The notes beneath the pieces were generated by a model. That model was not told the DNA's origin. It ran no database searches and saw only the letters and a program-made list of their open reading frames with translations. 64,000 bases of DNA from an uncultured Acidobacteriota bacterium (GTDB taxonomy: Bacteria; Acidobacteriota; Blastocatellia; RBC074): contig CAWCKY010000003.1 of the NCBI GenBank assembly GCA_963796275.1, positions 800,001 through 864,000 on the forward strand, read 5' to 3'. Made by a program: the position numbers and the translations under genes. Numbering within the stretch: position 1 is the stretch's first letter; each line of letters opens with the position of its first letter. Shown here piece by piece: positions 39,869 to 49,827 of this stretch.

Positions 39869-40969
39869 TCAGTCAGACTTCCTCTCCATCTCCAATAGCT
39901 TGCGTTTACGCTCGATCCCCCAGCGATATCCGCCGAGATCGCCGTTCTCTCGAATTATGCGATGGCACGGAGTGACTAGCGCCACCGGATTTGCCGCGCA
40001 TGCGCGCGCAACGGCGCGCGTTGCGGTGGGCTGACCAATACGGCGGGCGATTTCGCCGTAAGATGCCGTATTTCCCGCAGGGATTCGGCGCAGCTCTTCC
40101 CAGACCCGTTTTTGAAAAGCAGTCCCCTGATCATCCAGGGGCAGTGCGGGGTGCGGCATTTCCCCTTCGAGATATGCGAGTAATGTTTGAATCAGTTCTC
40201 TGAGACGATTTTCGTCAGGCTCGATATCGGCCTGCGGATATTCTTCTCGCAATTTCTCGCGCAGTTCTTCATTCCGATCTCCGAGTGTGACGGAGCAAAT
40301 TCCCCTGTCGGTCGCAGCGACCAGTAACCGGCCGAGCGGACAATCGACGATTGCATAATTTATCTTCATTCCTGCTCCTCCTTTGCCGTAAGTGGCGGGG
40401 GTCATCCCGAGTTGCGCAGATGCCTTTTCATATAACCTGCTGCTCGATCCGTAGCCCGCCTCGTAAATTGCCCCGGTAACGGACTGCCCCGATTTAATCC
40501 GGTCTTTAAACTTCTGGGCGCGGCGAGCTTCGGCATACTGGCGGGGCGTTATCCCCATCAACTTTTTGAAGATGCGTTGCAGATGATACTGGCTGACCTT
40601 GATCTCCTGGCCGATTCTCTCGAGGTTCGGGTGTTCTTCAAGATTGAGATCGATAAAACGGCATACGCTCTCCACCAGCTCAGCCTGCGGATCACGCAGA
40701 AGAAGTTCATCGGGCCGGCAGCGCAGACAGGCGCGAAAACCGGCGTGGCGAGCCGCTTCCGGCAGTGCGAAGAAAACCACATTCTCCCGTTTCGGCTGGC
40801 GCGATGGACAGGCGGGACGGCAGAAGACGCCGGTCGACCGCACACCGTACCAGAATATCCCGTCATACTCGGCGTCGCGCGTCTGAATCGCCTCCCAGAA
40901 TGTCTGTACTTCTCCCTGAGGGAATAAAGATTCCCCCCTCGCGCTTATCTTGTCTGATATATTGTTCAT
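39869..40969 (-). CDS. ada: Bifunctional Ada regulator / O6-methylguanine-DNA methyltransferase
   Basis: FCRPACPSR and FRACLRC zinc site; AraC HTH; PCHR active site. Confidence 0.95.
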   Translation of the reverse strand: MNNISDKISARGESLFPQGEVQTFWEAIQTRDAEYDGIFWYGVRSTGVFCRPACPSRQPKRENVVFFALPEAARHAGFRACLRCRPDELLLRDPQAELVESVCRFIDLNLEEHPNLERIGQEIKVSQYHLQRIFKKLMGITPRQYAEARRAQKFKDRIKSGQSVTGAIYEAGYGSSSRLYEKASAQLGMTPATYGKGGAGMKINYAIVDCPLGRLLVAATDRGICSVTLGDRNEELREKLREEYPQADIEPDENRLRELIQTLLAYLEGEMPHPALPLDDQGTAFQKRVWEELRRIPAGNTASYGEIARRIGQPTATRAVARACAANPVALVTPCHRIIRENGDLGGYRWGIERKRKLLEMERKSD

Positions 40970-41131
40970 CGTTCTTTCCTCCGAGTGAGAACTTATCACT
41001 CGGTTTCACCTGAATCTATCCGATTCTTGCGATGCAATTGACGGGTTGTAGGTAACCGATTAAACTTCTGTTTGCCAGTTACATGGTAAAGTTAATAGTA
41101 AAACGACGCCATCGCGGAATGAAAGTCAGAT

Positions 41132-41791
41132 ATGAAGCTGAATGATAGACCGGCTGCCAAGATAAAACTGATTGGCGGAAGGTTGTGTCTTGATTTCGCC
41201 AACACTGTCGGCGGTCGTGTTGCCTCGTCGACCGCTAAGAAGGGCGTCGAGGCATACGAACTGCGTGACGACAAACTGGCCGATTACTACGATCTGCTGG
41301 CGTGGAGCATGCGGGTGGGGCTATTGGCTGATGAGGCCGCAACTAGGCTCGCGCGAGATGCGAAGCTGCGCGGATCGGAGGCGTCGGAGGTCTGGGAACG
41401 TGCTATCGCGCTGCGCGAAGTAGTCTATCGCATATCGCTGGCGGTTATGAGCGAAACTCAGCCGCGCGCAAAAGATATTGAGCTGTTGAATCGAGAACTG
41501 GCGGTCGCACGCGGTCGCATGATATTGGCCCGTGACGAGGAGGGAAACTTTTTCTGGAAGTGGAATGAGACGAAGGACTCGCTGGATCAGATGCTCTGGC
41601 GGGTAGCGGATTCGGCTGCGGAGATGCTGACCGCAAGCGATCTGACGCGCCTGCGCCGATGCCACGGCGAGAATTGCGGCTGGCTCTTCGAGGATACGAG
41701 CCGTAACCGCAGCCGGCAATGGTGTGATATGCAGGATTGCGGCAACATCGCCAAGGTGCGGCGCTTCCGCTCGCGGATGCGTAATAATTGA
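41132..41791 (+). CDS. ABATE / CGNR zinc-finger protein
   Basis: LCLDFANT; C..C.WLFEDTSRNRSRQWCDMQDCGN..KVRRFR. Confidence 0.92.
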   Translation: MKLNDRPAAKIKLIGGRLCLDFANTVGGRVASSTAKKGVEAYELRDDKLADYYDLLAWSMRVGLLADEAATRLARDAKLRGSEASEVWERAIALREVVYRISLAVMSETQPRAKDIELLNRELAVARGRMILARDEEGNFFWKWNETKDSLDQMLWRVADSAAEMLTASDLTRLRRCHGENCGWLFEDTSRNRSRQWCDMQDCGNIAKVRRFRSRMRNN

Positions 41792-42324
41792 GAATTGAAC
41801 CTCAGCATTCATCTATCAATTGAATCACGTAAATCGCATATAATCGCGTAGAGCTAGACCAACATGTCCGCCCGGTTCGCGGGGCGTTGCTCCGTTACGC
41901 AGTGGTTCCCGCCCTATACCAATTTCTCAAATTCAAAATCACACTGCGGCTGACCTTCGTGTCTGCCCGGGATTCCAATAATTGGTGCGATCTCTCTGAG
42001 GTTTTCAGTGAGGCCTGCATCTCTAAAACTGAGATCAACTTTCAACTGTCATTCGACTGAGTGGCAAATGTTTTCTAAGTCGTTTATAATGAATGCTGAG
42101 ATTAGCGGAAAGAGAGAGCTTTTAGGGAATGGGATATTCGACGATGAAGTAAATCTGGGTTTATTTCATGTAAGCATTATCATCCACAGCAGCGAACTTC
42201 GACCTTCCTCCTGACTTTGAGACCCCAACCGGAATACACCAGCATAACTCAGAAAATTCATCGTGAGCTTCTCTCATACGAGGTGTATTCGAAAAGCACT
42301 GTTAAGTAATGGAGATAGGAGTTC

Positions 42325-43636
42325 ATGTACAATAAAGATTTCGAGATCGATATCGAATTAACGAATAAACTAGCATTCAGCAGATTTGATAATGGCCTTG
42401 ATTGTCAGCCCAGCCGGTACTTTTTCATATGCAGCCCCAGCGAGTCGAAACGTGTGGATGAAGCTATCCGGCAACGTGACCGGTTGCTCCAGGTCAACAT
42501 TGATGAGCGGAAGCGGATCGAAGAGGCATTGAAAGAGAGCGAGGGCCGATCGCTTCGCAATGAAGAGGCGCTGAAGCAAGCGTTACAGGAAATCGGGCGT
42601 TTGAAGGAGCAGCTCCATGCCGAGAATGTCTACCTCCGTGAGGAGGTCCGGCTCGCGTACGGGTTCGGCGAGATCATCGGTCAGGGGATGTTATTCAAGA
42701 TGGCGCTCCATAAGGCTGAACAGGTTGCCCCGACCGACACTACCGTTCTTCTTACCGGAGAAACCGGCACGGGTAAAGAGCTATTGGCCCATATGATCCA
42801 CAATTTGAGTTCGCGCAAAGACCGGCCGATGGTGAAGGTCAACTGTGCCGCATTACCGGCGAGTCTGGTCGAGAGCGAGCTTTTCGGTCATGAGAAGGGG
42901 GCATTTACCGGGGCTGTGACCGCGAGGTCCGGTCGATTTAAGCTGGCGGATGGAGCGACGATATTCCTCGACGAGATCGGAGAGCTGCCGCTGGAACTGC
43001 AGGCGAAACTATTGCGTGTTTTACAAGAGGGAGAGTTTGAACGGCTCGGTTCGAGCAGGACGATCAGGGTCGATGTGAGAGTGATCGCGGCGAGCAATCG
43101 CGACTTGGATCAGGAAGTCAGGAGGGGTAGCTTCCGCGCCGACCTATTTTATCGGCTGAATGTGTTTCCTATCCGCATGCCAGCGCTGCGGGAGAGACGA
43201 GAGGATATCAGCATACTGGTGAAGTTCTTTGTCGAGCAGATAAGCAAGAAGATGGGCAAGCGTATCGAAGAGGTGGCAGAGGACATGCTGGATGCGATGG
43301 AGCAATACTCCTGGCCTGGTAATGTGCGCGAGTTGAAGAACGTCATCGAGCGAGCCGTAATTTTGACAAAGGGCGATAAACTGCAAATTCCCGAAGATAC
43401 TGGGTATGTGTGTGCGGAATGAACCATCGGTTGAGCCGCACCATAACGAGGAAGTTGATACACCGGCGGCGGAACTAGATGAGGTTCAACGCCGGCATAT
43501 AACGCGAGTCCTCAAACAGACATTTTGGCGCATCGAAGGTGCGAAGGGGGCTGCGGCAATTTTGGGGATCAACCCGGGAACACTCCGTTCGCGAATGAAG
43601 CGGCTTGGCATAAATCGACCTCTCACCAATGAATAG
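42325..43636 (+). CDS. Sigma-54-dependent activator (FhlA-like AAA+ plus HTH), +1 frameshift near 43390
   Basis: [37 protein letters not shown]; the HTH ([22 protein letters not shown]) lies in the next frame. Confidence 0.9.
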
Positions 43637-43883
43637 GGAGAGGTTGACAGAAGTCAGATCTCCGAGGCGATACTCTGGCTGCTCTGTTCGTCTTCGGACT
43701 TCTATGCTCCCGGATCGACAACCTCTTTTTCCTGAGAAATTCATCAGTTTCCGTGAAGTTTCAAGGATTCTGATCAGATAGTTGGAGCCTGCGTCAGTCA
43801 ATGCATTCATTCCTGCTTTACATATCATCTCAAATATCAAATAGAACAATCCTTTATCCGAACTCGGCGTAAGGCGGGATTTA

Positions 43884-43899
43884 TGGCTTGATGTTTGCA
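43884..43899 (+). promoter_or_regulatory. Putative sigma-54 (-24/-12) promoter
   Basis: TGGCTTGATGTTTGCA (GG-N10-GC) 80 bp upstream of the 43980 start. Confidence 0.65.
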
Positions 43900-43979
43900 C
43901 TTCCAAACGTTTCATGTCGAGAAATCATTTCCGATTTTCTTCAATGCTATCGAAAACCCAGAAACGAATGGAGATCACC

Positions 43980-44417
43980 ATGATAGAAAAGATTCGCAAA
44001 CCCGTGTTCACGCTCGTACTGCTGAGTGCTATCGTGCCGATTACCGCAGGCGTTCAGATTACCAGTCGCATCACTTTCAACACGACGTTTCCATTCACCG
44101 TCGGTAACACTAAATTCCCGCCCGGAAGTTACTCGATCAGGCCGACGGATGACAATTCGGAAATAATGGAGATTACCAGCGCGGATGGGAAGACATCAGC
44201 CTTATTTGAAACGACAGCGGCTGAGGCGGCGAAAATGCCTTCCAAAGGCGAAGTAGTATTCAAGAAATACGGTGACAATTATGTGATGAGCGAAATCTAT
44301 GAGCCTGGATCCAAGACCGGATCAATGACAATAAAGTCACACGCCGAGCAGCAGCATGCGAAGAAGAATAGCGCCCCTACTAAGGAATCGGTGTCCACTA
44401 CGAAGTCAAATCCATAG
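43980..44417 (+). CDS. Secreted hypothetical beta-sandwich protein
   Basis: Signal peptide; FPFTVGNTKFPPGSYSI..VVFKKYGDNYVMSEI; GGAG RBS. Confidence 0.8.
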   Translation: MIEKIRKPVFTLVLLSAIVPITAGVQITSRITFNTTFPFTVGNTKFPPGSYSIRPTDDNSEIMEITSADGKTSALFETTAAEAAKMPSKGEVVFKKYGDNYVMSEIYEPGSKTGSMTIKSHAEQQHAKKNSAPTKESVSTTKSNP

Positions 44418-44486
44418 GTATGCGGGATGCCTTCTCGATCGACCCGAGAAGGCGGAAGGATCGATCGTGCCGGTTGGTTCTTGCCT

Positions 44487-44530
44487 CGGGGGCAACGGGG
44501 CAACGGGGCAACGGGGCAACGGAACAATGG
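44487..44530 (+). repeat. Octamer tandem repeat (GGGGCAAC)x4 plus a degenerate copy
   Basis: Directly visible. Confidence 0.85.
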
Positions 44531-44619
44531 GTGCAAGGTGACAAGAGGCGATGCGGCGGGGAGTATGAGCAAAAATCGGGTAGGGATGTAAATACGTCGT
44601 TGAATGAGTGGTAGCAATC

Positions 44620-44724
44620 GATTGCAGACTGCGGAAGAAAGAGCTGAGAGCGGGGAATTGGGCTATCCCGCCTGACTTTTCTGCTCGGCTAACTCCCCCG
44701 CTCTTTCTTCCGCAGTCTGCAATC
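44620..44724. repeat. Long inverted repeat
   Basis: GATTGCAGACTGCGGAAGAAAGAGC ... GCTCTTTCTTCCGCAGTCTGCAATC. Confidence 0.8.
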
Positions 44725-44912
44725 GGGAATTGGATATTAGCTGGTGGCGTTCAGCGGAAGGAAATGCGCAATTAAACGTGCTTCTAGCAGATGGAGGCTG
44801 GGTTAGCTGCATGATCACGTGCACTGCGTTTTTCTCCGACCTCCGTGTGAAATAGTCAGGAGCGAGTGGCTGGCGCCACCAGTTAATATTCAACAAAACT
44901 CGATAAGAAGTG

Positions 44913-46919
44913 ATGGATATAGGAAATCAGAAGGGCAATGAAGACACGCAGTCCAGCCGGCTGTCCCCAGGTGCTCGCCGGTTCTCTCTTTTTCTATTTC
45001 TCGCAGGCTGTCTTCTCATCCCGATCGATTACTACGGCGCCGCCCAGAAAAAAAAAGATCCAGCTAAGCAGTCATCGACATCAGCCAACGGAAAAGAAAA
45101 CGGAAAACCGAAAAAGGGGTTCGGCGGTAAGTATAAAGACCTCAACACTTGGCAGCGAAGTTTGGTGGATGATGCGGTTCAGCGTGTGAACCTGCTTATG
45201 AAAACGAACTATACGAGCGAAAAAACCTACAATGAGCTCTCATCCTCTAACCGTACGACATTCGAGGCCGTCACGCATGCCCTCAGTACCACCAAACTGA
45301 CTGACAAGTCAGGCGTTTCTCTGGGAGTGGCCTCGGACCTTTTCCAGTCAGTCGAAGAGATTGCCGGAGAAAAGATTGATGCACGCGGTGATCAGCAGTT
45401 CCGTGTTTATTTCAACCTCAAACCAACTGCCGCCGATACGCTGGCAAAAAGCCGAGAATTTGAGCGTGGCGATGACAACACCGTTTATCACTTCGGTTAT
45501 CCGCTCAATTACCGCCTCCGGGGAGGCACGCCATCGATTCAAATTTCTCTTGCGAGAGACGGCTTGCGGGCCGATGTCGACGTGGATTACCGGTCCTCGA
45601 AATTCCCGGCTGCGGTCATCAATGGCCATCTGACCAGCGCCAACTCGGACGTACGTGCCGGAAACAACTACGAGACCCATATCAACCGCTGGTCCGGTTT
45701 AGCCAATTGGTGGCGGGCTTTATTCGGCTTGAATACGGGAGACACAACGCCCCCGCCTGAAGCGCCCGATAATCGGCGGCTCAATGCTAATCCGCCGCTG
45801 AAGGGCAATGCCAATTTTCCAGAGGTAGTCGAGAGTTTTCTGAAAAGTTGGCTGATCGAGCAGACGCCCAACATCTCAGCCACCTATTTCGGTCATGAAT
45901 CTTTCAGCTGCGCCTATGGCATGAGCAAAGATACCGAGGCTGGAATCAGGTGGTTATTCTATCGGTCGATGAAAGACGTCAATCGCCAGCTGGGGAAGGT
46001 GAACGATCTTTCCGATACGGTCGAGGCTGTCAGTCTCTGGGACAAAAGGCTGCAGCCGATAAAACATCCTCACGAGGATCAGTATTTGCTGGTGCGTGTG
46101 CCCCCTGATGTGGCGGCTATGTACGATTGCGATATGCGCAGCGGCAAACCGTTGCTGCCCCTGGAGGTGTCGAAGAGGTACAAAGATGTTTACGGCGCCG
46201 CATTCAAAATTCGTCTGCTGAATGAGGAGAAAGGAGCACTCTTTCTGCTGTGGCGCAAGGAAGCCGGTTATTGGCGCATTGTTTCTTTCGACCTGGCTGG
46301 TGGTGGAACTTCGCTATCATTGCGGAAGGATTCAAACTCCCACCTGAAATCAGAGGTGAACGATGGGAAGCCGGAGATGCGGGAAACAATGGACGGCAAC
46401 CGGGAAGCTACTGCGAGAATGGCGGACTTTTATAAGACCTGGCTGGTCTCGCTGAATTACGATAAAGCGATGTCATATTTCTCTCCGCAATCTTATGCCT
46501 GTGTGAATGCGGCCGGCGAAGGCAAAGGAAAGATCACCGATTCAAAAAGGGCGCAGACGTTGATCAAGAATGGGTTGCAGCAGGTTGCTCAGGTGGCCGA
46601 TGGGCAAAATCAATTAAGCGAAATAATTCGGCCAGTCGCGCAAATTGACCCTGAAATGAAGTTAGTTAAGCACGAGAATGAGCGGGCATTTACGATCATC
46701 GCAATTCCCGACCAGGTGGGCAGCCGACTTGTGTGCGGCAAAAAGGAGAGTCCGCAACAAACGATCGATCAGGCGATGCGTGACAAACCGGTATTCGGGA
46801 ACTACTACGCTAGCGCATTTCAGCTCAATCTTCGCGGTGATCCCGCCTATCTTTGGGTGTTGTGGGCAGTAGAGGGAGGGCATTGGATGATCGTTCACTG
46901 GAAGGTGATTGCGTCCTGA
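44913..46919 (+). CDS. Large exported hypothetical protein with two tandem C-terminal repeats
   Basis: N-terminal hydrophobic segment; about 668-aa open frame; internal repeat visible. Confidence 0.8.
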   Translation: MDIGNQKGNEDTQSSRLSPGARRFSLFLFLAGCLLIPIDYYGAAQKKKDPAKQSSTSANGKENGKPKKGFGGKYKDLNTWQRSLVDDAVQRVNLLMKTNYTSEKTYNELSSSNRTTFEAVTHALSTTKLTDKSGVSLGVASDLFQSVEEIAGEKIDARGDQQFRVYFNLKPTAADTLAKSREFERGDDNTVYHFGYPLNYRLRGGTPSIQISLARDGLRADVDVDYRSSKFPAAVINGHLTSANSDVRAGNNYETHINRWSGLANWWRALFGLNTGDTTPPPEAPDNRRLNANPPLKGNANFPEVVESFLKSWLIEQTPNISATYFGHESFSCAYGMSKDTEAGIRWLFYRSMKDVNRQLGKVNDLSDTVEAVSLWDKRLQPIKHPHEDQYLLVRVPPDVAAMYDCDMRSGKPLLPLEVSKRYKDVYGAAFKIRLLNEEKGALFLLWRKEAGYWRIVSFDLAGGGTSLSLRKDSNSHLKSEVNDGKPEMRETMDGNREATARMADFYKTWLVSLNYDKAMSYFSPQSYACVNAAGEGKGKITDSKRAQTLIKNGLQQVAQVADGQNQLSEIIRPVAQIDPEMKLVKHENERAFTIIAIPDQVGSRLVCGKKESPQQTIDQAMRDKPVFGNYYASAFQLNLRGDPAYLWVLWAVEGGHWMIVHWKVIAS

Positions 46920-47155
46920 CTTGATCCGTGTAACTAGGACGGGCTCTCCAGCGGCTAGGGAGTATGGGGCGATGGGACAACTCATATTATTCGATTCACT
47001 TATCAATGACACGCAGAATCATAGGAAGAAGCGATTAAAGATTATCCCGCAGGATTTCATGACTGCGAAGAACGCCATATCAGGTTGTCACTTCGTGGCA
47101 ACATCGAGTCATCCGCGGGTAAGGTAACCTGCGGCAAAATTTCAGAGGAGGGAAT

Positions 47156-47917
47156 ATGACTCTCGGCAAACGTGCGACGGCGGAATTTATTGGGACCTTC
47201 TGGCTCGTATTCGGAGGCTGTGGAAGTGCCGTGTTAGCTGCGGCGTTTCCATCCCTGGGCATCGGGTTCGCGGGGGTTGCCCTGGCATTTGGGTTGACTT
47301 TATTGACTATGGCTTATGCCATCGGCCACATCTCTGGCTGTCACTTGAACCCGGCGGTCACTGCCGGCCTGGTTGCTGGCGGGCGATTTCCGGCGTCAGA
47401 ACTCCCCCACTACATGGTCGCTCAGGTGCTCGGAGCGATTGCAGGTGCGGGCACGTTATTCGTGATCGCCAACGGGAAGGCGGGATTTGATCTGAGCGCC
47501 GGATTCGCCTCCAACGGATACGGATCGCATTCGCCCGGCGGTTATGACCTGGCTGCATGTCTGGTAGCGGAAATAGTGCTGACGCTGTTTTTTCTCTTCG
47601 TGATCCTCGGATCGACCGATGAACGCGCGCCCCACGGATTTGCTCCGATCGCTATCGGGCTGGCATTGACGCTCATCCATCTCATCAGCATTCCCGTGAC
47701 CAACACCTCCGTGAATCCCGCACGCAGCACGGGGCCTGCTATCGTTGCCGGCGGCTGGCCGCTGAACCAATTGTGGTTATTCTGGGTAGCGCCCCTTATA
47801 GGTGGAATCCTCGGAGGCATCATTTATCGGGCGTTGTTCAGCGGAGTCACCGGTCTGCATGCCCCGGAACCGATTGATCGTCGAGACTTTCCGGCTGAAG
47901 CCGGTACTGCGCACTGA
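47156..47917 (+). CDS. aqpZ: Aquaporin Z
   Basis: [38 protein letters not shown]. Confidence 0.97.
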   Translation: MTLGKRATAEFIGTFWLVFGGCGSAVLAAAFPSLGIGFAGVALAFGLTLLTMAYAIGHISGCHLNPAVTAGLVAGGRFPASELPHYMVAQVLGAIAGAGTLFVIANGKAGFDLSAGFASNGYGSHSPGGYDLAACLVAEIVLTLFFLFVILGSTDERAPHGFAPIAIGLALTLIHLISIPVTNTSVNPARSTGPAIVAGGWPLNQLWLFWVAPLIGGILGGIIYRALFSGVTGLHAPEPIDRRDFPAEAGTAH

Positions 47918-47999
47918 GGCGATAAAAACTAGGGAAAGTTGATGGAATTCTCCAGGATTTACTTCCTCGGTGGGTTCGATTTTGAGAATAGACGTTCAA

Positions 48000-48401
48000 G
48001 TGGCGAGCAAACCTAAAATCAGCGCGGTGAGCCTTCCCGATGCGACGGAGCTTGCGCTGGATCGCACTCATCTCGCCCACGAGCGCACGCTGATGGCCTG
48101 GGTCCGGACTTCTGTGTCGCTGATCAGCTTCGGATTCACCATCTATAAGTTCTTTCAGTATATGCGTGAGCAACAACAGACCCCTCCTGTCCATCGTCTA
48201 TTGGGGCCGCGCGAGTTCGCGCTCATAATGATCAGCATCGGAGTGATTTCGCTCATGCTGGCGACGCTGCAGAACTGGCAGTTGAAAAAGAGACTGAAAG
48301 AAAAGTACCACGATGTTCCTTACTCGCTGGCGACGATGATAGCTGCCTTGATTTCACTCCTAGGGATCCTGGCATTTACAGCGGTCATCTCGAGGCAATA
48401 A
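48000..48401 (+). CDS. DUF202 / YidH family membrane protein (start uncertain)
   Basis: RTHLAHERTLMAWVRT..LISFGF; three TM segments. Confidence 0.88.
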   Translation: MASKPKISAVSLPDATELALDRTHLAHERTLMAWVRTSVSLISFGFTIYKFFQYMREQQQTPPVHRLLGPREFALIMISIGVISLMLATLQNWQLKKRLKEKYHDVPYSLATMIAALISLLGILAFTAVISRQ

Positions 48402-48886
48402 CACCCCAACAAAAAGGCGAAAGACAAAAGACAAAAATCGAAGGTCAAAGCTCGCAGCTTTTCTTATTGATTTCTGCCTTTTGTTCTTTGGCTAACCCAA
48501 CGAATACAAAATCAAAAGACAAAACTCCTGAAGATCTATCATTAGTTTTGCCTCCCGCCATTTGCCTTTTGATTTCTTATATGAGCGTGGTGATAGAAGA
48601 CTATAAAAAGCTGGTTGACGGCGTATCACCACGCTGTCTGCGAAGGACGTTCGACTTGATCACAGCGGATGATCCAAGGAAGGCACGGTTGGCCGAGTTC
48701 TCTCCACCGGTGGGGTGGGCCGCGACCATCCCCCATTTCATTCTCAATTCAATAATGGCGAAACAATTAGTAGTGATTCTCACCTCCGGGGTGGTTTCTA
48801 TCTTGATGCGCATAACGTCGCGCCGAGCGACCCACCGCTTCGCAAGGGTCGGAAAGTGGATCTTATTCAATGGAGAAGGAGGCTCT

Positions 48887-49774
48887 ATGAGTCATAACTA
48901 TCACGGAATTCGCAAAGCAAAAATCGGCTTACTAATTGTCTTTGGATTCGTGAACTACGCGACAACTCCTGCCCGCGCACAGGCAGTTCAGGGGCAGTCA
49001 TCCGCGGCGAACGGCGCTGTTGCGCAAGGAGCGAGTACAGAGGAGTTGCAAAAAGCCGTGCAAAATCCCGTCGCCAACCTGATCAGCGTGCCATTCCAGA
49101 ACAACATCGATTTCGGCATTGGCCCATACGACCGGACCAGGAACACGCTCAACATCCAGCCGGTAGTACCGATTAAATTATCCGAGGGCGTGATGCTGAT
49201 CAACCGCACGATATTCCCGGTAATCATTCAACCCGATATCAATACGTCGAGCGGTGGAGTTTTCGGATTGGGCGATATCAACCCCACATTCTTTTTCTCT
49301 CCGGCCAGGCCGGGCAAATTGATCTGGGGAATTGGTCCGGCGTTTGTCTTGCCCACCGCTACCGATCGGGCGCTGGGAGCGGGGAAATGGAGCGCGGGCC
49401 CCAGCGTCGTGGCGTTGGCGCAACCCGGGAAGTGGACGGTCGGAGCGCTCGCCAGCAATGTCTGGTCGTTCGCGGGGCAGGAGAACCGGCCCGCAGTGAA
49501 CACGATGTCAATTCAGTATTTCATCAACCATAACTTTTCGAAGGGGTGGTATTTCACGAGCAGTCCGATCATCGCCGGCAACTGGAGAGCCGCTGTCGAT
49601 GACAGGTGGCTTGTGCCGTTCGGTGCTGGCATCGGCAGGGTCACCAGGATCGGTGCGGCGCCCGTGAATTGGCAGGTCGCGGCATATGCCAACGTCATTC
49701 GTCCGGACACCTTGCCTTCTCCCAGATGGCAATTACGACTTCAATTGGCATTGCTGTATCCACAAAAAAAGTGA
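48887..49774 (+). CDS. Outer-membrane beta-barrel, putative transporter
   Basis: AGGAGG RBS; signal peptide; QNPVANLISVPFQ, LNIQPVVP, GLGDI, WSAGP. Confidence 0.8.
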   Translation: MSHNYHGIRKAKIGLLIVFGFVNYATTPARAQAVQGQSSAANGAVAQGASTEELQKAVQNPVANLISVPFQNNIDFGIGPYDRTRNTLNIQPVVPIKLSEGVMLINRTIFPVIIQPDINTSSGGVFGLGDINPTFFFSPARPGKLIWGIGPAFVLPTATDRALGAGKWSAGPSVVALAQPGKWTVGALASNVWSFAGQENRPAVNTMSIQYFINHNFSKGWYFTSSPIIAGNWRAAVDDRWLVPFGAGIGRVTRIGAAPVNWQVAAYANVIRPDTLPSPRWQLRLQLALLYPQKK

Positions 49775-49827
49775 CGGATGAAGATGATGATTATGAATGT
49801 GATTTGATACCTGGAGGGAGACAAAGC

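Noticed and set aside
41800-42320. tRNA or att site at the left edge of the accessory block
   Set aside because: No cloverleaf, T-loop motif, integrase or flanking direct repeat found
44487-44530. Possible CRISPR array
   Set aside because: 8-bp tandem units with no spacers and no cas genes
48467-48886. 140-aa N-terminal extension of the beta-barrel ORF
   Set aside because: Runs through repeat-rich spacer; the RBS and signal peptide point to 48887
49606-49827. N-terminal extension of the DUF1254 ORF
   Set aside because: Overlaps the upstream gene; the GGAGGG RBS precedes 49828
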